Below are positions 16,923 through 25,720 of a stretch of DNA of 45,835 nucleotides, one piece after another. How positions within the stretch are numbered: the stretch's first letter is position 1; every line of letters begins with the position of its first letter. The DNA lies in the IMG/VR virus record IMGVR_UViG_3300048854_000053, positions 1 through 45,835 of that record, one strand, 5' to 3'. Source of the stretch: a virus. Its lineage: Duplodnaviria; Caudoviricetes. A program made the translations under genes and the position numbers. Below the pieces are notes generated by a model, which did no database searches, was not told where the DNA came from, and saw nothing but the letters and a program-made list of their open reading frames with translations.

Positions 16923-17507
16923 ATGGACAAGCTCACACTCATCAATAACGCCCTGAGCGCCACCGGCAACGATCGGGTGAACGTGCTCAATGATCCGTCC
17001 GACGAATATCAGACGGCGAATACGGCTTTCGAGCGTGCGATTCGGTTTCTGACCGCGCGCCACACCTGGCCCTTTGCCACCACCAGCGAATTGCTGGTGA
17101 GGCTACCGGACACGAGCAACAAATCCCGGCGATACCCAAAGAACTGTTTCGCCCTGCCCGTCGATACCCTCCATGTCAAAGAGGTCTATCGGGATGGCAC
17201 ATACCTGACCGATTACGAGATTATCGGTTCGGCGCTGTCCTGCCGCTACGAATCCGAAATCTATGCGACCGTGATCAAGGCCCCGCCGGATGCCGCCTGG
17301 CACCCGATGGCCGAAGAGGTCTTGACCCTCTATGTAGAGGCTGGCGTCCTGCGCGGCATCAACGAGGATTTTGCCGAAGCGAAAGGCCGAGAAGCCAGAG
17401 CTGAGGCTCTGCTCGAAGAGACCCGCACGAAGGTCGATCAGCAGAACCCGGCGCGCAACATGTACAAGTCCTCGATCGCGGACGCCCGCAGGAGGCGCCG
17501 CGTATGA
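16923..17507 (+). CDS. Tail tubular protein A (adaptor)
   Basis: MDKLTLINNALSATG..HTWPFA pattern of T7 gp11-like proteins. Confidence 0.85.
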   Translation: MDKLTLINNALSATGNDRVNVLNDPSDEYQTANTAFERAIRFLTARHTWPFATTSELLVRLPDTSNKSRRYPKNCFALPVDTLHVKEVYRDGTYLTDYEIIGSALSCRYESEIYATVIKAPPDAAWHPMAEEVLTLYVEAGVLRGINEDFAEAKGREARAEALLEETRTKVDQQNPARNMYKSSIADARRRRRV

Positions 17508-19681
17508 GCCTGCAGGAACAGATTGTCAGGCAACGGGATTTCTCGGCGGGCGAAATCAATCCTGACGCTATCCGTCGCGACGATGTCGATGCCCTCAAGA
17601 GCGGCCTTCGCTATGCCCGCAACGTCGTCTCTTCCCATACAGGCGGCCTTCAAATTCGCCCTGGACGAAAGCTTCTGTTTCAGGATGACGGGGTAATCGG
17701 GGAATTCAAGCCCTTCGATGACATCTCCTATACGCTGGTGTTCATCGCCGGCGGCGTGAAGATCCGGACGCAGGATGCGGCGCTCGTGGCATTCCTTCCC
17801 GGGCCGTGGGGCGAGGCCGATCTTGATACGCTCGTCTGGGAGACTATGGACAACGAGGCTATCGTTGCCTGGGGTGGGCTGATGCAGGTCATCACCATCG
17901 CCGAAAACACGCAAGCGTGGTCTATCGCTCCCTTCTCGTTCGGTACCGGCGTCGATGGCGCCTTTCGAATGCCATTCTATCGTTTCGAGGCGACGGCGAA
18001 TGTCACGATGCGGCCGGATGGCTTGACTGGCGCGATCAACGTCTATTTTTCCGCGCCCATTTTGAGCCCCTTGCATGCCGGAACCGTGTTTCGGTACGGC
18101 GGCCGGCAGCTCCGGCTTGTGACCATAGTCACGCCTTTCTCTGCGACCGCCGATGTTATCGAGCACCTGCCCCCAACATACCAAATCGGGTTGAACAGTT
18201 CCGATGGGTTCTCTGTCGGGCAGATCGTTGCAACGGATACCACCAACGCGAAAGGTGAAGTCGTAGCGGTGGCCCCTGGCGCAGTCGGCGTTGTGCTGAT
18301 CGACAACCTGACTGTTCCGCAGTCCGGGGAAAACCTCGTCGGACCAACAGCGTCTTCGAAAATCATTGCAATCACGAGTGCAGCGGCTGGCGCCGCGGTC
18401 AGTTGGGATGAGCAGTTTATTTCCAGCTTCCGGGGCTACCCGCGATCGGTCGCAAAGGATCGCCAAAGGTTGATCTTCTCGAACTTTAAACAGAAGAAGA
18501 ACGCCATAGCTTGGTCTGCGGTCGGCGATAACCGAGATTTCTCGATCGGCGCCGAAGCTGATGACGCCATGTTGGAATTCATCAGTGCCGAGTGCCAGAT
18601 CTACCACGTCGTCGGCGGCTATGACGAGTTTGCGATTACAGACAAGGGTGTCTTCTATATCCCGATCTCGGATGGTACTCCGCTCAAGCCGGGGTCTGTC
18701 GAATTCCTGCCGATCTTTTCCAGCGAGCTCGCAAATATCCGCCCGGTTCAGGTGACTGAAGGCCTGATCTTCGTCGACAAGACCTTGACCGGCATTTACG
18801 CGATCACGGCAACGGGGCAGGTCGCCCGGCCTTATTCCGCCAATGAGGTCAATATGCTCCATCGCCATTTGTTCGATGGCGTGAAGTCGATCGCCGTCAG
18901 CTCCGGGTCCAACATTTTCCCCTCGCGCCAGATCTATGCGGTCAATCAGGATGGAACGGTCGTTGTGGGCCAGTTCAACCCAGACACCAGTTATATCGGC
19001 TGGCTGAAATGGGATGGCGATGGTGCGGTCCGAAGCGTCACCGGCACCTACGGCCGCGTCGTCTGCATAACCAAATATCCGTTCGACGGCGACGGCTTCA
19101 GCGTGGCTGAGGAGCTGGATTATTCGCTATTCTGCGACTGCTCGGTCACCTTCGACGGGGAATCGTCAGCCGATTTTGTCGAGCTTGTCGATGGGTCTCC
19201 GCTGCGTCTCAAGGATGGCAGCAATCTGTCGCTTAACGGGGTTGTGACGGAAGTCTTCGCTGGCAAGGAGGTGGCCGTCTTCGGTGATGGCTTCTATCTG
19301 GGCGAGCATATGGTCGGCGACGACGGCCTACTCTCGGAGATTTCGGGTTATGCGCAACTGACCGTTGGTGTTCGGTTCGATTGGGCGTTCGAGCCTCTAT
19401 TCCCACATTTCGAGGGAGGCCAGCCGGTCGGGCAGGCAGAGCAGCGTCGCAAGATCGCGAAGATGCTGATTACCACGCGCGACACTCAGGAATTTCAGGT
19501 CGGGCAGCGCATTTTCGGGAGCCATCGCGGCGGCGAGGACACCTCCCTGCCCATCCCGGCGCGAGATGACACCTATCGGTATCGCGAGATTGGTCGGTCT
19601 TACGACCCTGTCGTTCGGTTCTCGTCGACCTTCCCTTGCAAATTCAAACTGATTGAACTGACAACGAGGATCACCGTCTGA
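17504..19681 (+). CDS. Tail tubular protein B (nozzle)
   Basis: QRDFSAGEINP..GGLQIRPG, RGYPRSV..RQRLIF; 725 aa. Confidence 0.85.
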   Translation: MSLQEQIVRQRDFSAGEINPDAIRRDDVDALKSGLRYARNVVSSHTGGLQIRPGRKLLFQDDGVIGEFKPFDDISYTLVFIAGGVKIRTQDAALVAFLPGPWGEADLDTLVWETMDNEAIVAWGGLMQVITIAENTQAWSIAPFSFGTGVDGAFRMPFYRFEATANVTMRPDGLTGAINVYFSAPILSPLHAGTVFRYGGRQLRLVTIVTPFSATADVIEHLPPTYQIGLNSSDGFSVGQIVATDTTNAKGEVVAVAPGAVGVVLIDNLTVPQSGENLVGPTASSKIIAITSAAAGAAVSWDEQFISSFRGYPRSVAKDRQRLIFSNFKQKKNAIAWSAVGDNRDFSIGAEADDAMLEFISAECQIYHVVGGYDEFAITDKGVFYIPISDGTPLKPGSVEFLPIFSSELANIRPVQVTEGLIFVDKTLTGIYAITATGQVARPYSANEVNMLHRHLFDGVKSIAVSSGSNIFPSRQIYAVNQDGTVVVGQFNPDTSYIGWLKWDGDGAVRSVTGTYGRVVCITKYPFDGDGFSVAEELDYSLFCDCSVTFDGESSADFVELVDGSPLRLKDGSNLSLNGVVTEVFAGKEVAVFGDGFYLGEHMVGDDGLLSEISGYAQLTVGVRFDWAFEPLFPHFEGGQPVGQAEQRRKIAKMLITTRDTQEFQVGQRIFGSHRGGEDTSLPIPARDDTYRYREIGRSYDPVVRFSSTFPCKFKLIELTTRITV

Positions 19682-20082
19682 TGGCACAGGCAGCACCGTT
19701 TCTAGCCCTTGGTGGCTCCCTCATCGGCGCGGTCGGACAGTATTCCGCTGGCCAGCACGCGGCTGACCAGTCGGAACAGGCGGCGCAGGTCGGCCGCATT
19801 CAGGCCGATCAGGTCGACGCGAGTTACCGCAGCGAACTGAATTCTACCATTTCGAACATCCGCGCGATCCGAGCCTCTGCGAACGCCGAGCCGAGCCCTA
19901 CCAGCATGGCGATCGTCGCGAAGCAGACGAAGACCAGCGACCATGACCGCATGATCGATGTCGGCAACAAGCGCATGCAGGCTGATCAGGACGAGGCGGA
20001 TGCCAAGTTTCGCCGATCCTCCGCGACGATGGCGCTCATTGGCGGCGCCGCGACAGGCCTCTCTAAATTTTATGGGTCATAA
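19681..20082 (+). CDS. Small internal virion (ejection) protein
   Basis: Gly/Ala hydrophobic termini, position equivalent to T7 gp14. Confidence 0.7.
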   Translation: MAQAAPFLALGGSLIGAVGQYSAGQHAADQSEQAAQVGRIQADQVDASYRSELNSTISNIRAIRASANAEPSPTSMAIVAKQTKTSDHDRMIDVGNKRMQADQDEADAKFRRSSATMALIGGAATGLSKFYGS

Positions 20083-20084
20083 GA

Positions 20085-23000
20085 ATGGTCAAGCTTCCTG
20101 AAATTCAGCCGCGTGGCGTCCTCACCCGCGATCCTCAGTCTTCGGTTTCCGCGCAGGAGATCGCCAATCCGTTTCAGCAGATCGCGGAGGCTTCCAATTC
20201 GTGGGCCGACGTTCTTGAGCGCAAGGGCGTCGCCGACGCACAGAACGAAGGCTCGAATGCCGTCTACCGGGACGCGAGCGGAAACCTGCAGGTCGACACC
20301 CGGTCGAACATCTCTGCGGTGGGGCGATCCTATAATGCCGCGGCGGAAACGGCATATACCGCCCGCCTGGCCGGGGATATCCGCGCTCGCGGCCAAGGCC
20401 TCGCCAATGATGCGCAGGGCAACGTCGACACCTTCAATTCCTCCTGGAAAGGGTTTGCCGATCAGACCATGACGGCGGTCCCTAAGCAGTATCGCGGCGC
20501 CGTCAAGACGATGCTCGATACGGAAGGGCCGCGCTACGGTCTCGGCGTCTCCGAGCAAAAGCGGACCTCTGACCTGAAAGAGTTCGAGGGCAATATCAAA
20601 TCCGAGATCCAGTTCCTCGACGACGACATGTCGACGCTGGCCCGGTCGGATGGCACGAATACGGACGCCTACAAGCAGAAGCAGGCGCAGGTCAAAACGC
20701 TCTATCAGAACCTCGCCGACAACCCGAATTTCTCGGTAGGGCAGAAAGAGGCGGATATCGCTCTGCAGCGCATGGAAAGCCGGCATATGTCGGAAGCCAT
20801 GCTCGGAACCGTCGACAAGACCCTGCAGACCGGCGGCGTCGGGGCGGCGCGCGGCATCGCCAACTCGATCATGACCGACGCCTCTCTGTCGCTGTCGCCA
20901 TCGGAGCGCCGGCAGTATTCGAGCCTTGCCAACGAGCGCATCAATGGGTTCGTCGCTCAGGCAAAGGCAGATATCAAGCCAGCGCAGGATCAGGCGAAGA
21001 AGATCCAGGAGCGGTTGAAGACCGGCGTCGGCCTCGACAATGACGATGTCGACACGACGGCGCAGCAGCTCGCACGCGGCGGCGACATGGCGGGGGCGCT
21101 CGAACTTTACAGCTCCCGCGCGTCGGCTCGCACGCTTTCCTCATTCCGTGCGGCTGACAACGGCACTCAGGTCAATTCGGCGGAAAGGCTGTTTTCCAGC
21201 GCGAACGGCGGGGACAATGTCATATCGGCCATAAAGCAGGTCGAAAGCGGCGGCGACCCGAACCAAGTTTCCAGCGCTGGCGCGGCCGGCACGATGCAAG
21301 TTATGCCCGGTACCGGCGACGAGGTGGCGCGGGAGATCGGTGACAAGAACTATCCGGCTACCGGGACCGATGCCGAAAAGCGGGCTTATCTCAAGAACCC
21401 CGATGTCAGCGAAGCCTACGGTACCCACTATTTCAACAAGATGATGGCTCGGTACAACGGCGATCAGCAGGCGGCGCTTGTCGCCTATAACGGCGGTCCT
21501 GATCGGGCAGATAAGTGGCTGGCCGCCGGGCGTGACGATAGCGTGCTGCCGAAGGAAACCGCCGATTACTACAAGAAGGTGCAGGCTGCGGCGAGCTCTG
21601 TGCCGTCCACCTATTCGACAGACGAGATCACGGCGGCCCGTGGCTTCCTGCAGACGCGCACCGATAAGGGCGCTGAGGCGATCACCGGCCTGCAGGATGG
21701 GTTTGCGGTCAAGGTCTCGCGCATGTTCCAAGCCGCGCCGCCGAACATCCGGGAAGGTCTCGGCATCTTCTCCGGTTTCCGCACCGATGCGCATCAGGCC
21801 CAACTCTGGGATCAGGCGCTGCAGAAATATGGCTCGGTCGCTGAGGCTCGCAAGTGGGTCTCGCCGCCGGCCGGTGTCGAGGGCTCGAAGGGCTCGGAGC
21901 ATGGTCGCGGTGATGCCGCCGACGTGTCCTATAACGGTCAGTCCCTGGCGAAAGCGCCGGCCGATGTCGTCGCCTGGGTCCACCAGAACGCGGCGGCCTA
22001 TGGCCTGAAGTTCCCGCTCGGAAACGAGAACTGGCATATCGAGGATGCCGGGACGCGGGGCGGTGCCGGCGCTCAGCCGCAAGTCGATCCGGATGTCGTC
22101 AAGGCCTATCGCGAGGAAATGACGGCGGACTCGAAGCAGTTGTTCTCGGACATCAAGAGCGGTGCGGATCGCGGGCTCACGCCATCGGTCACGGACCTCG
22201 ATCTGCTTCATCGACAGCTCGCCATTACCGACGATCAGGATTTTAAGAAGCAGGTTGCCGACTATTTCACCGATCAGCAGGCGATACAGGGCGTCTCATC
22301 GGCGAACGCTGCCCAGACTGAGGCGCTGATCTCGTCGCTCAAAGCGGATTCCGCTGACGGCGCCACGATCGCACAGCAGCAAATTATCACGGGCATGCAG
22401 GATGCCGCCAAGGCGAAGGCCGACGCGCTCAACAAAGATCCGCTCGGATACGCGATCGACAAGCGGCTTATCCAGCCACCGCCGCCCCTCGATCTCAACC
22501 AGCCCGACACATGGGGCTCAACCTTTCAAGGCCTGCAGCGCGGCGTCGATACTCTTCGCGCGCACGGCGATGTCGGCAACATCTCGGCGCTGCGGCCGGA
22601 CATGCTCGATCAGGTGACGCGGGCGCTACAGTCCGCGACCCCGCAGGACTCGGTGAGGCTCCTTGGATCGATGGCGCAGAACCTCAGCTCGGAAACCTAC
22701 AAGGCGACGCTCGCGAAGATCTATTCCTCTGGCCAAGGCAACGCCGTGGCTGCGGCCGGCGCGCTTGTGCCGGACAACCCGCAGGTGGCGGAAGGTATCC
22801 TTCGCGGTCAGGCGCTGCTCAAGGAAAATCCGCTGCTCGCGCCGAAGAAGAACGACGACAATATCTCCGCGATCAACGACATCCTGCCGATCGGCGCGTT
22901 TGCTCCATCGCTAGAAGGCGCGCGGCAAGGGCTGCTCGACGCCGCGACCGCCCGGTATGCCGATCTGTCTCAGCAGTCCGGCGATACCAGCGGCGATCTG

Positions 23001-23348
23001 AATTCCGATCGGATGGACCAAGCCGTCAAGGAAGTGACCGGCGGGTTGCTCGATATGAACGGGTCTCAGGTGATCGCGCCGAAGTACGGCATGACGCAGG
23101 ATGATTTCGACACATCGATGTCGAAACTCTCCAATCAGGATCTCATGGGCGCGGTCAGCTCGAACGGGACGCAGGTCACCGCCCGCGATCTGCGGTCGCA
23201 AGGCCGGCTCCGCGCCGTGGCAGATGGCCGGTATGTGCTGGAATTCGGATCGACGGACCACCCGACATATGCCGTTCGATCCGCGCCCACCCCGACAGGT
23301 GGCGCAGATCTCAATTCCGTCTTTGTCCTGGATATGAGGAACCGCTGA
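20085..23348 (+). CDS. Internal virion protein with lytic transglycosylase and M15-type peptidase domains
   Basis: QVESGG..GAAGTMQVMP..AYNGG (SLT); SGFRT..SEHGRGDAAD..ENWHIE (M15). Confidence 0.85.
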   Translation: MVKLPEIQPRGVLTRDPQSSVSAQEIANPFQQIAEASNSWADVLERKGVADAQNEGSNAVYRDASGNLQVDTRSNISAVGRSYNAAAETAYTARLAGDIRARGQGLANDAQGNVDTFNSSWKGFADQTMTAVPKQYRGAVKTMLDTEGPRYGLGVSEQKRTSDLKEFEGNIKSEIQFLDDDMSTLARSDGTNTDAYKQKQAQVKTLYQNLADNPNFSVGQKEADIALQRMESRHMSEAMLGTVDKTLQTGGVGAARGIANSIMTDASLSLSPSERRQYSSLANERINGFVAQAKADIKPAQDQAKKIQERLKTGVGLDNDDVDTTAQQLARGGDMAGALELYSSRASARTLSSFRAADNGTQVNSAERLFSSANGGDNVISAIKQVESGGDPNQVSSAGAAGTMQVMPGTGDEVAREIGDKNYPATGTDAEKRAYLKNPDVSEAYGTHYFNKMMARYNGDQQAALVAYNGGPDRADKWLAAGRDDSVLPKETADYYKKVQAAASSVPSTYSTDEITAARGFLQTRTDKGAEAITGLQDGFAVKVSRMFQAAPPNIREGLGIFSGFRTDAHQAQLWDQALQKYGSVAEARKWVSPPAGVEGSKGSEHGRGDAADVSYNGQSLAKAPADVVAWVHQNAAAYGLKFPLGNENWHIEDAGTRGGAGAQPQVDPDVVKAYREEMTADSKQLFSDIKSGADRGLTPSVTDLDLLHRQLAITDDQDFKKQVADYFTDQQAIQGVSSANAAQTEALISSLKADSADGATIAQQQIITGMQDAAKAKADALNKDPLGYAIDKRLIQPPPPLDLNQPDTWGSTFQGLQRGVDTLRAHGDVGNISALRPDMLDQVTRALQSATPQDSVRLLGSMAQNLSSETYKATLAKIYSSGQGNAVAAAGALVPDNPQVAEGILRGQALLKENPLLAPKKNDDNISAINDILPIGAFAPSLEGARQGLLDAATARYADLSQQSGDTSGDLNSDRMDQAVKEVTGGLLDMNGSQVIAPKYGMTQDDFDTSMSKLSNQDLMGAVSSNGTQVTARDLRSQGRLRAVADGRYVLEFGSTDHPTYAVRSAPTPTGGADLNSVFVLDMRNR

Positions 23349-25720
23349 TGCCGATGCTTGTCAGCGATCAGGAAACCCGTGGCGCGCTGCAACTGGCGGC
23401 GCAGAGCCCATTCGAAGGCGTGGATCCAGGCTTCTTCCAGCGCTTCAAGTCCGACTATGCGGCGACGGTGGACGCCACCAACGTCGACGCCCGCGAGACG
23501 ACGCGATCGGACATTCAGAACGAATATATCCGCAGCTTCTATGATGTGAGCGGGCAGCGCCTCCCCCGGTGGATGGGTGGTCCCGGCGTCAATGCCGATC
23601 CGACGCGCGAAGCTGTGACGCGCAAAATGGTGACGGATTGGAAGCAGGCAAACCCCGGCGTCGATTTTCCGGATGTTCCGACGCAGGATCAGGTTGAGCA
23701 GGAATGGATTAAGCGGGGCAGCGCCGCCCTGAAGAGTTCGACCGATCTCGGCCGCCGATCGACCTCGACCCTTTCGGGCGTTGGCGGTTTCCTCGGTTCC
23801 GCTGCCGGCGCGGTCACTGATCCGATCAACATGCTGACAGCTCCTTTCGGCGCCAGCGAATCGTACGGCATTCTCCGCACAGCGTTGGCGGTCGGCGGGA
23901 TCACGGCCGCGTCAGACGCCGTTGGGCAAGCGGTCAATGCGCCTTCCCGCCTTCAAGTTGATCCGAACTACAATGTCGAATCCGCCCTCACCGAAGTAGC
24001 CTCGGCGGGTGCCGGCGGAGCAATCCTCGGTGGCGGGTTCAAAGGCTTGGCAAGCGCCTGGCATCTGGCGAAAACTGGCGAGTGGCCTTCGCACGTCCGC
24101 GATGTCGGCAATGTCGTCACGCGCGAGGCGGCAAATCCTCCTAGCCCGTTCGAGACTTCGATCGCCGGAGATAGTGCGCACAGCGCAGCGATCACGAAGT
24201 CGCTCGATGATCTCACCAACGGACGGCCGGTCGAACTGCCGCCAGAGGCATTCACGCAAGCGAATGCGCGGCCGGGCCGGGTCTATGATGCGGACGGCAA
24301 CAATATCGGCGTGCGCTATGAAGTCGTCGATGCTGGCAGTCTGGTCACCTCGCACAACGACGATCTGACGCCGAACCCGAATTTCCCGCAGGAGCTTCAG
24401 CCGCGCGATCGGTCCCGCGCAATATCGCAGGATCAGATCGGCGGCATCGCGGCGAACCTGCAGCCCGAGCGTCTCGGCTTCTCGCCGCAAGCAGAGTCCG
24501 GGGCTCCGATCATCGGGCCTGATAATCTTGTCGAGTCCGGGAACGGCCGCGTCATGGCGCTGCGCCGGGTTTACGATCAGGCCGGTGTGCAGGCCGACAA
24601 TTACCGCAACTTCCTCCGAGCGCAGAACTTCGATGTCGAGGGCATGGAGCGGCCGGTGTTGATCGCCCGCCGGGTGACCGATCTCGACGATAACGCTCGC
24701 GTCAACTTCGTGACCGCCGCCAACCGATCGACGGCTCTAAAGCTTGGCGCGTCTGAGCAAGCCCTGTCCGACGCCCGGTTCCTCCATGGCGATATGCTCG
24801 ACAAGCTGGAAGGCTCGGACGTGAAGGCGGCGGGCAATCAGGCTTTCACCCGCGATTTCATGGCGAACCTTCCGCGTGCGGAACAAGGCTCGCTGATGGA
24901 CAAGGACGGCTTTCTCTCTCAGGAGGGCGAGCGCCGGATCACGGCCGCGCTCATGGGCCGGGCCTATGGCGAACCGGTTCTGCTCGGGCGTGCGCTCGAA
25001 GACACCGATAGCAACATCAAATCTATTGCCGGGGCGCTGGCCGATTCCTCCGCACCCTGGGCGAAGATGCGCGATGCGGTCTCTCGCGGCGAAATTCCGT
25101 CCGGCATGGACATCACCAACGATCTGCTCAACGCGGTCAAGCTGGTGATGAAAGCCCGCGACGAGGGGCGCACGGTGGGCGATCTGGTCAATCAGGCTGA
25201 AATGTTCGGCGGCCCTGGTGAATTGGCAAAGATTGTCGCTCGCGCGATGTTCTCCGACGAGGCCCTAAAGCGCCCGGTCGGTCGGGCCAAGCTGTCGGCA
25301 TTCCTCTCCGACTTCGCCAACGAGGCGAGAAAGAACGATGCCGGGCCGCGCCTGTTCGGCGATGCCCTCGAAGCGCCGGATATCCTCAAGTCGTCACTGG
25401 AGCGCGTGGGCCGGCAGGATCTGCAGCGGATCGCGGAGGAACGGCTGACGCCTGAAGCGATCGAGAAGATGGCGAAGGCGCCGGAAACGGCCGATGCGTC
25501 AATCATGGATGCCCGCCGCCTGATCGCCGACGACGAGGAGCGGCAACTCGGGCCGATCGGTTCTTCGGAGGAGAAGCCAGAGGCAAAACCGATATTGCTT
25601 GACCTGGGCGACGGCCGGGGCGAGCGTCCGTTGCAAGACATCCTCGACGAGGCGGATCAGGAAATCGCCGCGGCATCTGAAATTGAATCCTGCACCATTG
25701 GCCGGGAGCCAGCAGAATGA
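23348..25720 (+). CDS. Internal virion protein with DdrB-like ParB domain
   Basis: VRYEVVD..LVTSH..ELQPRDRSR..GAPIIG..VESGNGRVMAL. Confidence 0.75.
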   Translation: MPMLVSDQETRGALQLAAQSPFEGVDPGFFQRFKSDYAATVDATNVDARETTRSDIQNEYIRSFYDVSGQRLPRWMGGPGVNADPTREAVTRKMVTDWKQANPGVDFPDVPTQDQVEQEWIKRGSAALKSSTDLGRRSTSTLSGVGGFLGSAAGAVTDPINMLTAPFGASESYGILRTALAVGGITAASDAVGQAVNAPSRLQVDPNYNVESALTEVASAGAGGAILGGGFKGLASAWHLAKTGEWPSHVRDVGNVVTREAANPPSPFETSIAGDSAHSAAITKSLDDLTNGRPVELPPEAFTQANARPGRVYDADGNNIGVRYEVVDAGSLVTSHNDDLTPNPNFPQELQPRDRSRAISQDQIGGIAANLQPERLGFSPQAESGAPIIGPDNLVESGNGRVMALRRVYDQAGVQADNYRNFLRAQNFDVEGMERPVLIARRVTDLDDNARVNFVTAANRSTALKLGASEQALSDARFLHGDMLDKLEGSDVKAAGNQAFTRDFMANLPRAEQGSLMDKDGFLSQEGERRITAALMGRAYGEPVLLGRALEDTDSNIKSIAGALADSSAPWAKMRDAVSRGEIPSGMDITNDLLNAVKLVMKARDEGRTVGDLVNQAEMFGGPGELAKIVARAMFSDEALKRPVGRAKLSAFLSDFANEARKNDAGPRLFGDALEAPDILKSSLERVGRQDLQRIAEERLTPEAIEKMAKAPETADASIMDARRLIADDEERQLGPIGSSEEKPEAKPILLDLGDGRGERPLQDILDEADQEIAAASEIESCTIGREPAE

